From Fimbriosthenelais zetlandica (taxonomy: Eukaryota), in the NCBI GenBank assembly GCA_977030845.1, contig OZ365110.1, forward strand, positions 45,012,001-45,076,000: a DNA stretch of 64,000 nt, given 5' to 3'. The notes beneath the pieces are model-generated. The model was not told the origin of the DNA, did no database searches, and worked only from the letters and a program-made list of their open reading frames with translations. Position 1 is the stretch's first letter. The number at the start of each line of letters is the position of its first letter. This document shows positions 1 through 11,647 of this stretch, one piece after another. The position numbers were made by a program, and so were the translations under genes.

Positions 1-1099
1 CAACATCTCTCGCCTTTATAATATTCAGGCTCCAACGTTTCCACCAACGCCCCCATCTTCTCTCCTTAAACCACTCCCACTTCTTCTGACCATGGAACAA
101 ATGTGCTGACGAAGACAGGATCTTCATGAAACTCGCAGGATTGCTTCGTAAGATTCAGGCTTTATTTCTAAGTAATTGATTCTTTAGACTGGTAGGTGTT
201 GTCTCTTGGGGGACATTTTCATTATATATTATACCTTGCTTCAGAGCAAAATCTCTACACATCATTTTTCACCATCGTTCCGATTATTCCCCGAAGTGAA
301 TCTCTTCCGCACGTTCACTTATGATTATCCTGAACGGATTGTTAAATTTCCCATTAGGCCGATATTCGACAAGTCACATATATTATGTATAAACAAAATT
401 ATGTATCCGATTTTCCTTTTTATAATGGTTTGCTCATATAATAAGACATTATATGGACGAGAAGAGGAGGAGAAAAGAAAATCGCATATCATATTAAATA
501 GTTCTTATGTCTTGGTTGGCAGGGTGCAGACTAGCAATGGACGAAGGTAAATCCATCTAGACTCTTTACATGAATATGGATGAAATCATTCCTCAGCCAT
601 CAATTAACAACCGTGTTAGGTTATGTCCATTGACCATTTCCATGGCAACCGATACTCGCCATGCACGATGCATGGCGAGTGAGGAGAAATATTCTAATTC
701 ACTAATAGACCATTTGGTGCAAGCCTGACCGGGGGGTTTACAGGGGTGAAGGCGGGGGATGATAATTCAGCAAGAGGCATAGTGATCGGTCAACTGAGAT
801 GGAAGGACAAGGGGATCACTGGCCCCCGGCTTGAGGTTCATTCAGGCCAATTTAGCCAAGCTTGGGCCTCAAAATGGCGGCCCTGTAACAAGTTGGTGAA
901 TGAAGGGCAGGCTGACGAACGGTCTATCTGATGTGATCAGGCCTTGGCCGACACTAAATGAAAAGGGGCTGAAGCAGGCAGTCAATGCCAAGCTGGGCCG
1001 CACTAAGGCGGCTTCTATCGGCTACCAATAAGTAATGGTATCAGTTGACAAAGAGGATTTCACATCAAAGCTACGAATACTAGCGTCTTGATGATGAGA

Positions 1100-2700
1100 A
1101 AATCTACTCAAAGCCAGAGATGTGCAAGGCTTTCCCGCAGAGGGGAGAGCTTTGCTTCAGACAAGCATATGACAACACGTCGAACTATTTCTAGACTCTC
1201 CTCCTCTCTACACAGCCACCCTTTAAGGGATTGCCAAGCTCAGCTCCCACAAGATCTCTAAATATTTGCTGATATAGCAAAGTAAAGCCGCTCCAACCGG
1301 ACATTAATCTCCAAATTCTGATCTATTAGTAGCCCGTGGGAACCTTGCCCGCCCATTCAACACTATCTACAGATGATATACTCAACTTTCTGGCTTGAGC
1401 TTGAGCCAATTCAATGTGCGTCTCTTCCTTTTGGTGTGTTTGAAGTACTTTATGGCTAAAAATGATGCCTACATGCAGTTGGACAGCACCATGTGAATGC
1501 CAGAGTGGTGAATAAACTGGATTTACAGCCTAATCTGGCATCTCTAGCGCTCCTCTACTGGGATTACTCGATATTTAGACTGCCATATGGAACCTTCATG
1601 GCCCACTTTACATGATGCTAACTTAGACCTGTGGCACACCTGTATGCCTACTATATAAGATACGCTTCAGGCCTAAAACGCTCATTTCCTTTCTCTATTG
1701 AGAGATAATATAATAGATGTATATCGGTTCAGGTGTGTGAAGATATGATAACAGACAATGCCTATATAGAGCCTCGTACAACACAAATAATATGGAAGAG
1801 ATATACTTCTGAAACAGTCAGACCCATGGGTGTTTAGACTTCTGTCTTTCTAGCCTGTCTAGAATCCATCTCATGGAAAGCACCAGCGTTCATCAAGGCT
1901 GACAGGGCTAGCAGACATGTTTTCAATACTCGTGGAGATACAGAATTCATAAGCATGCCCCAATGAGCAGTCTTCTGAGTCCAAGCAGGATATGACCATC
2001 AGTCAGGCAGGATCACCATTCAGCCTCGATGTCATGATTGCCCATTCGCCTCTCTCATGTCGTGATTTGATGCTACTCATTCTTGTGCATCAATTCCACT
2101 GATGGCAAAGTATAGGGGTCACTCTTGAAAATTCCCTCAAAATCCTATAAAAGGGTCCTGTGATTGTTGGGTTGAGAATAAAGCCACTTTCTTCAAAATT
2201 GGTTCACGAATGATGAATCAATCATTTGGGATAAGCGGGCTGCTCTTAAAATGCTCACGGACACAAGTCCCTATGTCGATCATTAGGCACAAGGATCTAT
2301 AGGAGTTCGGAAATTTAGAAGTAGGCCCTATTAATCTAAACGAAGTCAGATCCAGATCTGAGATGACATATTACATTTTCTATTAAATCCATTCGGTAAT
2401 TCTGTCGTGTTTCTTGAAATACATCTGGGGAATGGGATGAGTGCGTTTAAAGTGTTATTATGCAGAACGCAAGGAAGGTAGACAAATAAAAGGATAGGAG
2501 AATAAGTCCTATATAGCCACATTTCGTATCTCACGTTCTCCTTGATTAAAATGCATTTATATTCAATGTAGAAGATTTAGACAATTCATCATGTCATTAT
2601 TGAGTGTCAGATAACAGACTGTTTCCAGTTTCCAAAGCACTTAGCTACATTGAAGCAGTAGCTATGCGTGGGGAATCGAAGCAAGCATCTGCACTTTTTA
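1100..2700 (-). pseudogene. Highly degenerate DIRS/Ngaro-like element remnant (tyrosine recombinase, possible RT upstream)
   Basis: Minus-strand fragments SLFTTLAF (about 1500-1530), KYFKHTKRK (about 1425-1450) and CPVGAALLCYISKY (1262-1303) are in the order of Ngaro-type YR motifs; many stops and shifts; boundaries approximate. Confidence 0.3.
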
Positions 2701-5700
2701 AAGTTATTAATCCGAAATCTCATACTTCAGTGTGCTGCATCTCCAGCCAACGGGTATAAAAAAACAGTTGGTCTAACTCACCTTGAAGACCAGGCAAAAA
2801 TCTGGATGTAATCTCAGGTTTTTTTGTCATGAATGGCCATCTCGGGATCCCATACTAGTTTTTAGTTATGTATAATCTTCCCCAGCTACACAATATTAGG
2901 TTTGTCATCGGTCCCACAGCTGGAGAATGAAATCATCCATCCGATCAAGAGATTATCTGTCTCAGCTTTCCATACTTCCTTAATCTAACACTAAAATTAC
3001 CAATTTCTCATATATATTGTAACCCAACCAGTCTCTTGGTGAAATAACAGCTCTAGGTGCTTCGGCTTTATGGTAATTTTTTCTGCAACTCATATATCCA
3101 TTACCGGATATGACTCAATTTCGATTTCAATATAAAAATTGCAAACGCGGCCCAACTATAAGGCATAGTTTGCATTCAAGTTGATATAATATACCCAACG
3201 ACACATGCATAGAAAAAGAAGATGGGCCTTTTCTTGAGCTGATTGATTTGGATGGGGGTTTATTCAAACTCAATATTGTTCTTTGTTAAAGGCAAAGGCT
3301 GAGGGCCGTCTGGGAGTTCGAAAGTGTCCCCCAGTGCATTCACTGGATCAGAAGGATTTATATTCGATGGCAGCACTTGAGAGGGCACTAATAAATAAAA
3401 AGTGGGGCGTGCGCGTCACCTCATTTTGTCCCCCCCGGCCTCCCAAGATGGTTTGTATGAAAATGCATGAAGGCAGGGCGTAACATTCAATAGCATCTTC
3501 AAGCAATGGAGATTGGGTGGAGGTGGGAAGCGAGGAGAGTTGGATGATCATGGCCCCAGGGTGTGCCTTGCTTCTATAGCATTTTAGAGGTCCTGTCTCA
3601 TTTATGTCAAGGACTGAGACCAATCCAAGTCCATGGTCAGCCCCGGCAATTCACGTGGCACTATTGTGGCCTCTTTGAGGCCCTGAGCGGAGAGGTACCA
3701 AGACCTAACTAAATTGCTGTCCACAGTCAGAGAGGGTCTAGATTAAAGACATTTTAGTATGCTTAACCTCTGAAATTCCCCAAGACCTTCCAAAGCTCAG
3801 ACATTTTGGGAGGCTGCTGCGATCGATAGATCAAATAGTATTATGGACGATTCATGGTGGTGCGAAGGTTCAAAGGGAGAAATGGTCAGAAGTGGCGGCG
3901 CTGCAGTAGGCTCCTCACGAACCTTAAAGAAATCTCCTGTCGACGGAGGTAAGAATACTATTTCCGGATCCTGTCAAGAGTTGATCAAAAAGGGGATGTC
4001 AGATGGGCATCGATTTGTTCAGGATTTTATCTCAGCTGCCCTCTAACTTGAGATTACCAAGGAGACGACCTATAACGCTTGGAATATTTGCCAATTGATA
4101 GTTGTAGCCCTCTCCAGGATTGCATTTCGAGCCTCTCAGTTCGGTCTTTCTGTCCTGAGAGGAGATGAATATAGCCCATAAATCTGGCTCTTTCGATTCC
4201 ATTGATCATAAAGCCTGATTTATGTTTGATCCGCGGAGAGTATAGCCGAAAGCAATCGTCTTTCTCGATCCAGTTATAAGACGAGAGTTGGTGAAATATC
4301 GCCAGGCTTGGGATATTCTATAATAGTATACGGTTCAGTCAAAGTATTAAGGCTGATCCATTCACAGTTAACATTTGAAATACATGTGGATTGGCATTTA
4401 CCTTGGTGCTTCTCAGTATGGCACAGTGAGACAATGAAGATTTCTTGTATCCAACTGAGCAATCATAAAATATAAGATTTCTTGACAAAAACGGCGAAAA
4501 CATCAGAGGCCTACTGTCTGAGAGTAGATATTGTTTTAAATACCTTTCGATCAGACTTATGTAAATGCGTCAACAGGGAATTGCTAGGCCTATTGTTATG
4601 TTTTTTAAATAAGTGATTCCTGAGTGATAACACCTTTTTAGGTCCCAGTAATTGCAAAACACCTTTGCTTGCATGTAATATTTGATGTCACTATAGATGA
4701 ATAAAGTACTCCCTCACTCTGAGCTGAAAGTGAACTGTAGGGTTTCCCTTGTCAAGACGACCTTTTTGCTGGCAGGCTATATGTGACAGTTCTTTGTACA
4801 TGATGCATACAAGCCCTCTGTACATACACAAATTTAGTGCAAGAGTTAAGATGAATGCTGGACAGCAACATATCTCTTTACCGGCATGTTGAATGCTGCA
4901 TTCAAAGGCTGCATTAGTATTTACATGTCACTTTCTGTATACTACTCATAGAAATGTGGTTTACTTGCAACCACAGAATCACAAAACTCACCACTTTGTT
5001 CTTGTGTGATGGAATCAATTGCTTTCATCATTTTACTTTCGATGTGAGAAACAAAGTCTGATGTGGCATTGAATGTATTCAGCGATTAAAGAAAAAGTGT
5101 CCCTAAACATGTGTCCAACACATTGTTCCGAACATTTTGTCGCGAAGCAATTCAGGTTTATAGGAGGCCTGTGACCGTGTATTGCATTTGCATGCGATAC
5201 AAAACAGGTAGGTAGGCCTATAGCATGAGGGGTTGGCATGTTTTTGACTTGCCGGTGTACTCTGACAAGCTGCGTGTCTGTCATACAGCTGTCAAGGGGC
5301 TTCCCCTTCCGGACATGCCATCTGCAATGAATTTTTGCAAAATATTGGCTTAGGTAATTATAAAAACGCATTGAAGGTGATGTAATGAATAACCAAAGCT
5401 GTTTTGGGTGAAACCACACACTATAAAACACGCCGTAATCGTGTTTAAAGTCAAGCAATAACTTTTAGGAGTCTTGACTCTGATGCTCCAGCGTACACTT
5501 TGTTTAAAGTTAGGTTTTAATTTCAGATTTAATTGATTTTCAGATATAGAGACCCGACTAAAACAAAGAGAACCTCGACAAATGCAAGGAAGGCATGGGA
5601 ACATTATACGGACTCTTATTGTTACCGTGTAGATTAAATGGGTTGGTGTTATAGGTTTGGGAAAAAAGTATAATTAGGTACATTTGATCAAATAGTTTTT

Positions 5701-8248
5701 TTGCAATGTGCATGTACAGAAGCTTACGGGATGTGCATTCGCAAAAAGGTCTGTTGAGACAAAAGACCCCAGCAGGGAGATGGTTCTGTTCAAACACGAA
5801 ATCAATGCGTTTATCAATGCGTGCTATGGTCCATCAGCTAGCTTGTATTAGTGGAGGTAATTAAACGAACGATGGTCGGGGGTCATTATGCATCAATTAA
5901 TTAGTGTCATCACTGGAAAAGCAAGCACACGTTTAGAGTAACTAAACCCCAACATCATAAATGCTTTAGGCTGAGCTTGCAAGAGATTATCTACACTTTT
6001 TGTCCAGAAATTTAACATTTTTGTAGCCATAAATAAAAACCCTTATTAGGATGCAATTTCAAATAGAACGCCGATATATAGATAAAGCCTAGTACTGAGT
6101 GACCTAAATTGAGCTGTCATGAGCATTTACTTTGAAAATAAATTCAAATTAGATCTTCTGTGGTAAATTAAATATCATGGGCATCCGACGCTGGAGCATC
6201 GGGAATCGTTTTCTTGAAAGAATCAAAGCAAATTCATCAGATCAAAATTTCCGTTAAAGTTACATGGGAGGACATGAACAGTGGCGCCCCCTATTTCAGA
6301 GGGTTTGAATTGGGGATGGGTTGCCAGTGGCGCACACTTCACCACGTGGCATAAATACAAACTAGAAATCATCCTCCAAATCCAGCATCCTCAGACTCAG
6401 CTGCAAATGATTCTGGCCAAACCACCATTTTCTATATTCACGTTAGGTGGCAGCACATTCTGTTCTCAATGTGTGTGAGGTGTTTCGGTATATTATAAAG
6501 GCCTTTATTTCACTTCTGGGAGATACTGAATACCAATGTAGCATTGAAAACTCATTGATAAAGAGCATATTGCCCACGGGCAATATGAGAATGGCGAGTA
6601 GAAAGTAGTGCCACTCATGCCCCGATAACGGGCTATTAAATGTGATTTTAAATTATTTTTTAGAAACAAATACAAAATGAACCTCGGGCGTCCCTGGGTT
6701 AATTTTGTCTATATATTATATGCCTTATATTATAAGCTGTTCAGACTGATGAGAACAGAATGATACCTTCATTTAGGCCTACTGTTTAATGGGTTACTTG
6801 CCCAAATAAAAAGTATTATTAAAAGCATTGCAACCATGCATAATTGCATGCAGTTGGTAATAAAAGAATCCGTCTTAAATAGGGTGAATTGAGCCTTATA
6901 AGTTATATACTCTGTGGGCGAATGCTAACTCTCACCTTTTAAACACACAACCATTTGTTTAGATCAAACACGTGAGAGAAACAAGTAGAGAGTTTATATT
7001 TAGCTAGCCAGTGGAGCATAACGTCCATAATATACTAGAATATATATATATGTGATATCGGGGGAAATATGTTGAAGAGGTACTGTTATTCTACCTAATA
7101 CTATAACAATACACCTACAATTAAGCGTGTTACGTCCTGAATATTATATCTAACTGATAAAATATTATCTCAATGTTAATTCTATCATTATCTATAAATC
7201 TATCTAGGCCAGGCCTATATCTAGTAATATATATTGATGACACAAATAGGCCTAAATATCTCTTCCTGCCGAGGGAACTTATAACATGTCGGGACCATGT
7301 TGGCTAAATCATTTCCAGATGAATAATCAAAGCATGCATTGACTAGGCCATAATTATAATGTATGGAAGGAGTGCATTTTATTTTTTAATGCAAATATCT
7401 TCCATGCATTTGGTGGTCTTTTATGCATTACGCATGCATGCCGCATTAGATGGTAGCTAAGATTTCCACTGACTAGGCAGAGAATGAGAAATTAAATACT
7501 ATATTTAAACCACATGATGTATCCGACCAGCGGTCATCTGTGACTTAAGGTTATGGGGTTAAGCTACTTACACTACAAAGGACTATTATTCCTACACTAC
7601 AAAGCTCTGCTCGTAATATAACATTGCACCTGTAGTTATTTACAGGCTCCTATGTCCAGCTGTTCACCTACACACCTGGGTATAGCCTATAAGTCAGTCA
7701 TGGAAAATATCATTCAATAACACACACAGGCCCCCACACACACTCCCAGACACACCCACATATATACACATACAATATATAGAAAGAATTCAATAACTCT
7801 ACAACAGGCATCCACACAGATAAAAATGCACCCATAGACAATCACATATACACATATAGAAAGAATTGAATAACACTGTTGGACGGGGACAACATCCTTG
7901 AAGGATGAGGGAAAGGGTGGTGTTTCAGCGATTGCTGAAGTGATTGTGGGCTTGGAATGACACCATTCTTGTGATAATTTGCGGTTCCATGAAGGAACCC
8001 ATTCAGTAAGATGACTAATTTAAATGTCCACCAAAAAGAAATCAATCGAGTCCACTCCTCTTCATGCCAGAATCGGCAAATAAAATAGTTCCAAATGTTC
8101 ACATGGTGAAGGCTCCTAATTGCAAACGATAAAAGAAAGACTACAGTGGGAGCCGTCAGTCTGTAGTCATTAAGCCAGTGGCTTCCCTGGGATCGATGTG
8201 GCTTCTTCCATGGAAAACCAAAGGAAATGAAAAGCGTTTTGATTGGCT

Positions 8249-8635
8249 TCATAATGTCTCGTCTTCATCATCGTCGTCCTCGGGAAGGATATCTTCATAA
8301 TCATTGTCGTCCATTCTCACTATAGCAGCCTCGGCTTCCTCCACCACCACCCTCTCCTGGAGCTCTTCCAACTCGTCTGCCATACGACTGGCGTACTCGT
8401 AGAACATGTTCCTGATCCCTTCCAGCGTTGCCAGGCGGAGGCGAATACTGTAGCGGAACGAGCGCCGATTGTTCTTCATAGTCCGATTATACCTCGATTG
8501 TAAAGCTTCAATTTCATTGTTCAGGAGCACGATCTGTGAACAGGCCTTCCTAAACTTACGGTCTATGCCTCCTATCCGTAAAACCAGTGAATTCTCTGTC
8601 TGTGTGGCGGCCACTGGTTGAAGAGAAGACTCCAT
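8249..8635 (-). CDS. Uncharacterised 128-aa helical/coiled-coil protein with acidic tail
   Basis: Uninterrupted ORF, GC-richer than its flanks, GCC-ATG-G Kozak context. The sequence is amphipathic-helix-like (IDRKFRKACSQIVLLNNEIEALQSRYNR...RSFRYSIRLRLATLEGIRNMFYEYA) and ends in DDNDYEDILPEDDDDEDETL. Family not identified. Confidence 0.7.
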   Translation of the reverse strand: MESSLQPVAATQTENSLVLRIGGIDRKFRKACSQIVLLNNEIEALQSRYNRTMKNNRRSFRYSIRLRLATLEGIRNMFYEYASRMADELEELQERVVVEEAEAAIVRMDDNDYEDILPEDDDDEDETL

Positions 8636-10072
8636 GGCAATGTAAGGGACCCGGGGCTCAAGTGGTTGAGTGGTGATGTAGTAGAGGGTTGTATGAGGAG
8701 AAAGAGGAGAAGGAGGAGGAGCAGCCTTCGTTCACTGCACGATTGCAGATGGTCTTTGTTCACAAGATCTGCCATGCAGTATACACACAGACGAGGCCTG
8801 TGAGTAGTAGGCCCAGTGATTCATCTAGGTCATGACAGTGTTTCCAGGTTACTGGGTTATTAGGTCATTTTAAGGGGCTGGTTGCCATGGAAATGCTTTA
8901 TATTTATGGCTAGGTGAAATTTCGAGCTGACCTGTCCATGTATTTGGACCACGAGGCATTTAAAGGTCCCGTCTCATTGAATCAGGAGCGCTCCTTCAGG
9001 TGTGAAAAATCCCAGGCCTCTCAAGAGGGTATACATATTGAAGTGCTCTAATACAATGTAAAATCAAGCTTGGTAAAATATAATATCGAAGAAATGCCTT
9101 TAAAAAGACAAATCAATAAAAAAAAAAAGATTTTGAGGAACTTACCTTATTTTTTTTTATTAGTGCGGGCTACTCTAAGGTCCGGGAAACTAACAGACTT
9201 AATTTTCCTGCTTGTGTTATGTAGCATTCTAATGTTTAAATGCACTTTGCTAAGCCTCATTCCTAATCCTTAGAGTATCCTTACCCTAAGCCCATTTTAA
9301 TATCTTGTTCATCAAACATTATAAAATTTGATCAAAGGGAAAATATCATAATATATTAATACTAAGTTGTTTTATACTGTGGCATAGGGCCTTTTTATAT
9401 AGTGCCCTTTCCAGCATCCAGGAGCATTAATAATGTAAAGTGAATTATTATTATGTGAACTAAAATATCAGCCGTCAGGGGCGCACATTATCCACATCAG
9501 CTGCCGCCTGGGTCATGAAGTGCTCTCCGCCAAGGAATAATGGGAGGACTGTTTGGTGAATTATCGATGATTTCTGGAAGGTTTCCTAATTTTCCTCTCT
9601 CGCCAGTGTAGAGAGCGCATTTATCTAGAAATATTGACTAGCCCCATGAATCAAAGTTTGAAGACGGATCTTACTTTCTCTCTAGAGTGAAGATGTATTA
9701 GGACAATTAAACGGCAAATGGTTTTTACACAAAATTAATTAGTAATCTTCGCAAATGACATTACGATAAAAGATGACAATGGGAACTCCCTTAAATTCAA
9801 TTTTAGCTTTTAAATATGAAAAAATATGCATGTATGCCTATGCATTATAGGCCTATTGTAAAAAAAAGAAAATAGCACATAGGCCTAGGGAATATTGAAG
9901 TAGAAGAGCTATGAGTCAAAATAACATACCAATAGACCAGAGAGCACAACTTCCGCTGTAATATTAAACCCCCAGAGAACAAACATCTAAAGAGAAATAT
10001 CACACTATAGAATATACCACCGGGTAGGCCTTGCCAAGTCTGGTTATCTATGGATGTCGTAACGCAAGCTCT

Positions 10073-10091
10073 TGCCGCCAGAGGGCAGCAG
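10073..10091 (+). promoter_or_regulatory. CTCF-like motif
   Basis: TGCCGCCAGAGGGCAGCAG fits the CTCF core CCRCYAGRKGGCRSYA; motif match only. Confidence 0.4.
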
Positions 10092-10932
10092 TGTGCCGTA
10101 TGATGCTACAATACTGCTTCAGACCAGCATTAAACGCCAGAGGGACTACAGGTGCCAGTACAGCATACCCCAACACGATTACCACCCTCATTTCAAGATG
10201 CGCCTTATGGTAGGTAGATTGGTTGGAGGAACAATCCAGTATCGAGAGCTGTATGGTTTGGAAATGACATTTTCAGCAGGTGTCAAGCACAATTATTATG
10301 TAGGCCTACCAATTGAAACACAGCCTACATGATTCATGCGGCACTGAATAAAAGAAAATGATGTAATATAAGCTGCTCATGTCAGCCCAGGAGCAGCTCA
10401 CTGCACATGCCTTGTTATGAAACATGTTATGAAGTATTACAATTGCCAGGTACCATACGCTTGAAATTACATGATGTTATGTAAGACTCAGCCCTGCCTC
10501 CTGCTCCTCTTACAAGATACAAATGATAGTGTTGTCTCACTTAACGCTCACTTCACTACAAAAGGCCATCTATACCTATGTGACCACTAAAATGGACCGA
10601 ATGTTTTTATTAAACCACAACGACATACCCATTAAAGTGACCACGCTAAGATCACAATTAGTTCAGACCCAAGGGTAGTCTCATTAGTGAAATACCAATG
10701 GACACCAATCCTCTAAGAATTAATGGTAATTCGATCCTAAACCAGGTAAATCAGGTAGAGGAGAATGATTGATTTCATGACAAAGTAGATCATGTAACGT
10801 AGAAGCGAATGAAAATTGCAGTGCTGGAATAATGAGGCAAATTACTGTGGAATAAAACTAAAGGCCAAATAGAGCGAGTAATTCCTCCATAGCGCACCCA
10901 TGCATTGTATGATTCTGCTGTTCGATACGCCC

Positions 10933-10961
10933 CCTCTCTGTCTCTCTCTCTCTCTCTCTCT
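10933..10961. repeat. (CT)n microsatellite
   Basis: CTCTCTGTCTCTCTCTCTCTCTCTCTCT. Confidence 0.85.
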
Positions 10962-11605
10962 ACTTGTATAAGGCCTGGGAGTCGGTACTATGGACTTCTC
11001 CACTGTTGGACATCCCAGTTACTACGTCCCCACTTCCACTCTGGCAGATCGAGGAGAACTGGGCTCCGCCCCTCACTTCTGTCATACCCAGTCTGTGAGA
11101 AGTTGGAGTAGGAGTTAGATAGCAAGGCCTGGAATGTTTAAACTAGATCCAATACAGAGGGATCCACAGTCACTATTATAACCTCCCTCTTTATACACTC
11201 CCCTCACTCATTGTGTCGAGCTGTAGTAGGGGATTGGATACTCTATCTATAGGTATCTCGAGGAGGATAAGGAGCCTGGACTTTGGATCCCTCTCTCTCG
11301 TTTTGCCTCGGCCATGGCCCGTATACTCAGCTGATAGGAGTGAGATCGAGCGGTAGGGTGGATCTTATTTCAAGGGGATCCGTGACCAGGGCAAAAACTT
11401 CCCCGCGGGCTGGTAAACCTATATCACAGGGGATACACAGGCAATTACACCGTGAGGCCAGGAACCGTCCAGGGATCCCAAGACAAGGAATTTTTTATTA
11501 TCAGTGGGCTTCTGTTTTTGTTGGTGCAGGGAGTGATCATTTTCTTTTGTGGATCGTGTACGGTTGGAAGAGGAGGAGTGTACCAAAAGAGGTAGTGCAT
11601 GAACC

Positions 11606-11647
11606 ATGTCTGCTTCAGCTATATACCTGTTGGACTCTAAGGGGAAG
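11606..11647 (+). CDS. AP1M1: AP1M1 coding exon 1 ([14 protein letters not shown])
   Basis: ATG at 11606; donor AAG|gtaag at 11648. Confidence 0.93.

Noticed and set aside
4780-5210. Possible Ulp1-protease/PHD remnant (KQSLMWH, EAIQVYRRPVTVYCICM)
   Set aside because: Short motifs in different frames with many stops; cannot be distinguished from chance without a profile search.
7842-8252. 136-aa ORF abutting the orphan gene (apparent ATGA start/stop overlap)
   Set aside because: No protein-like pattern or Kozak context; more simply the 3' UTR of the 128-aa gene.
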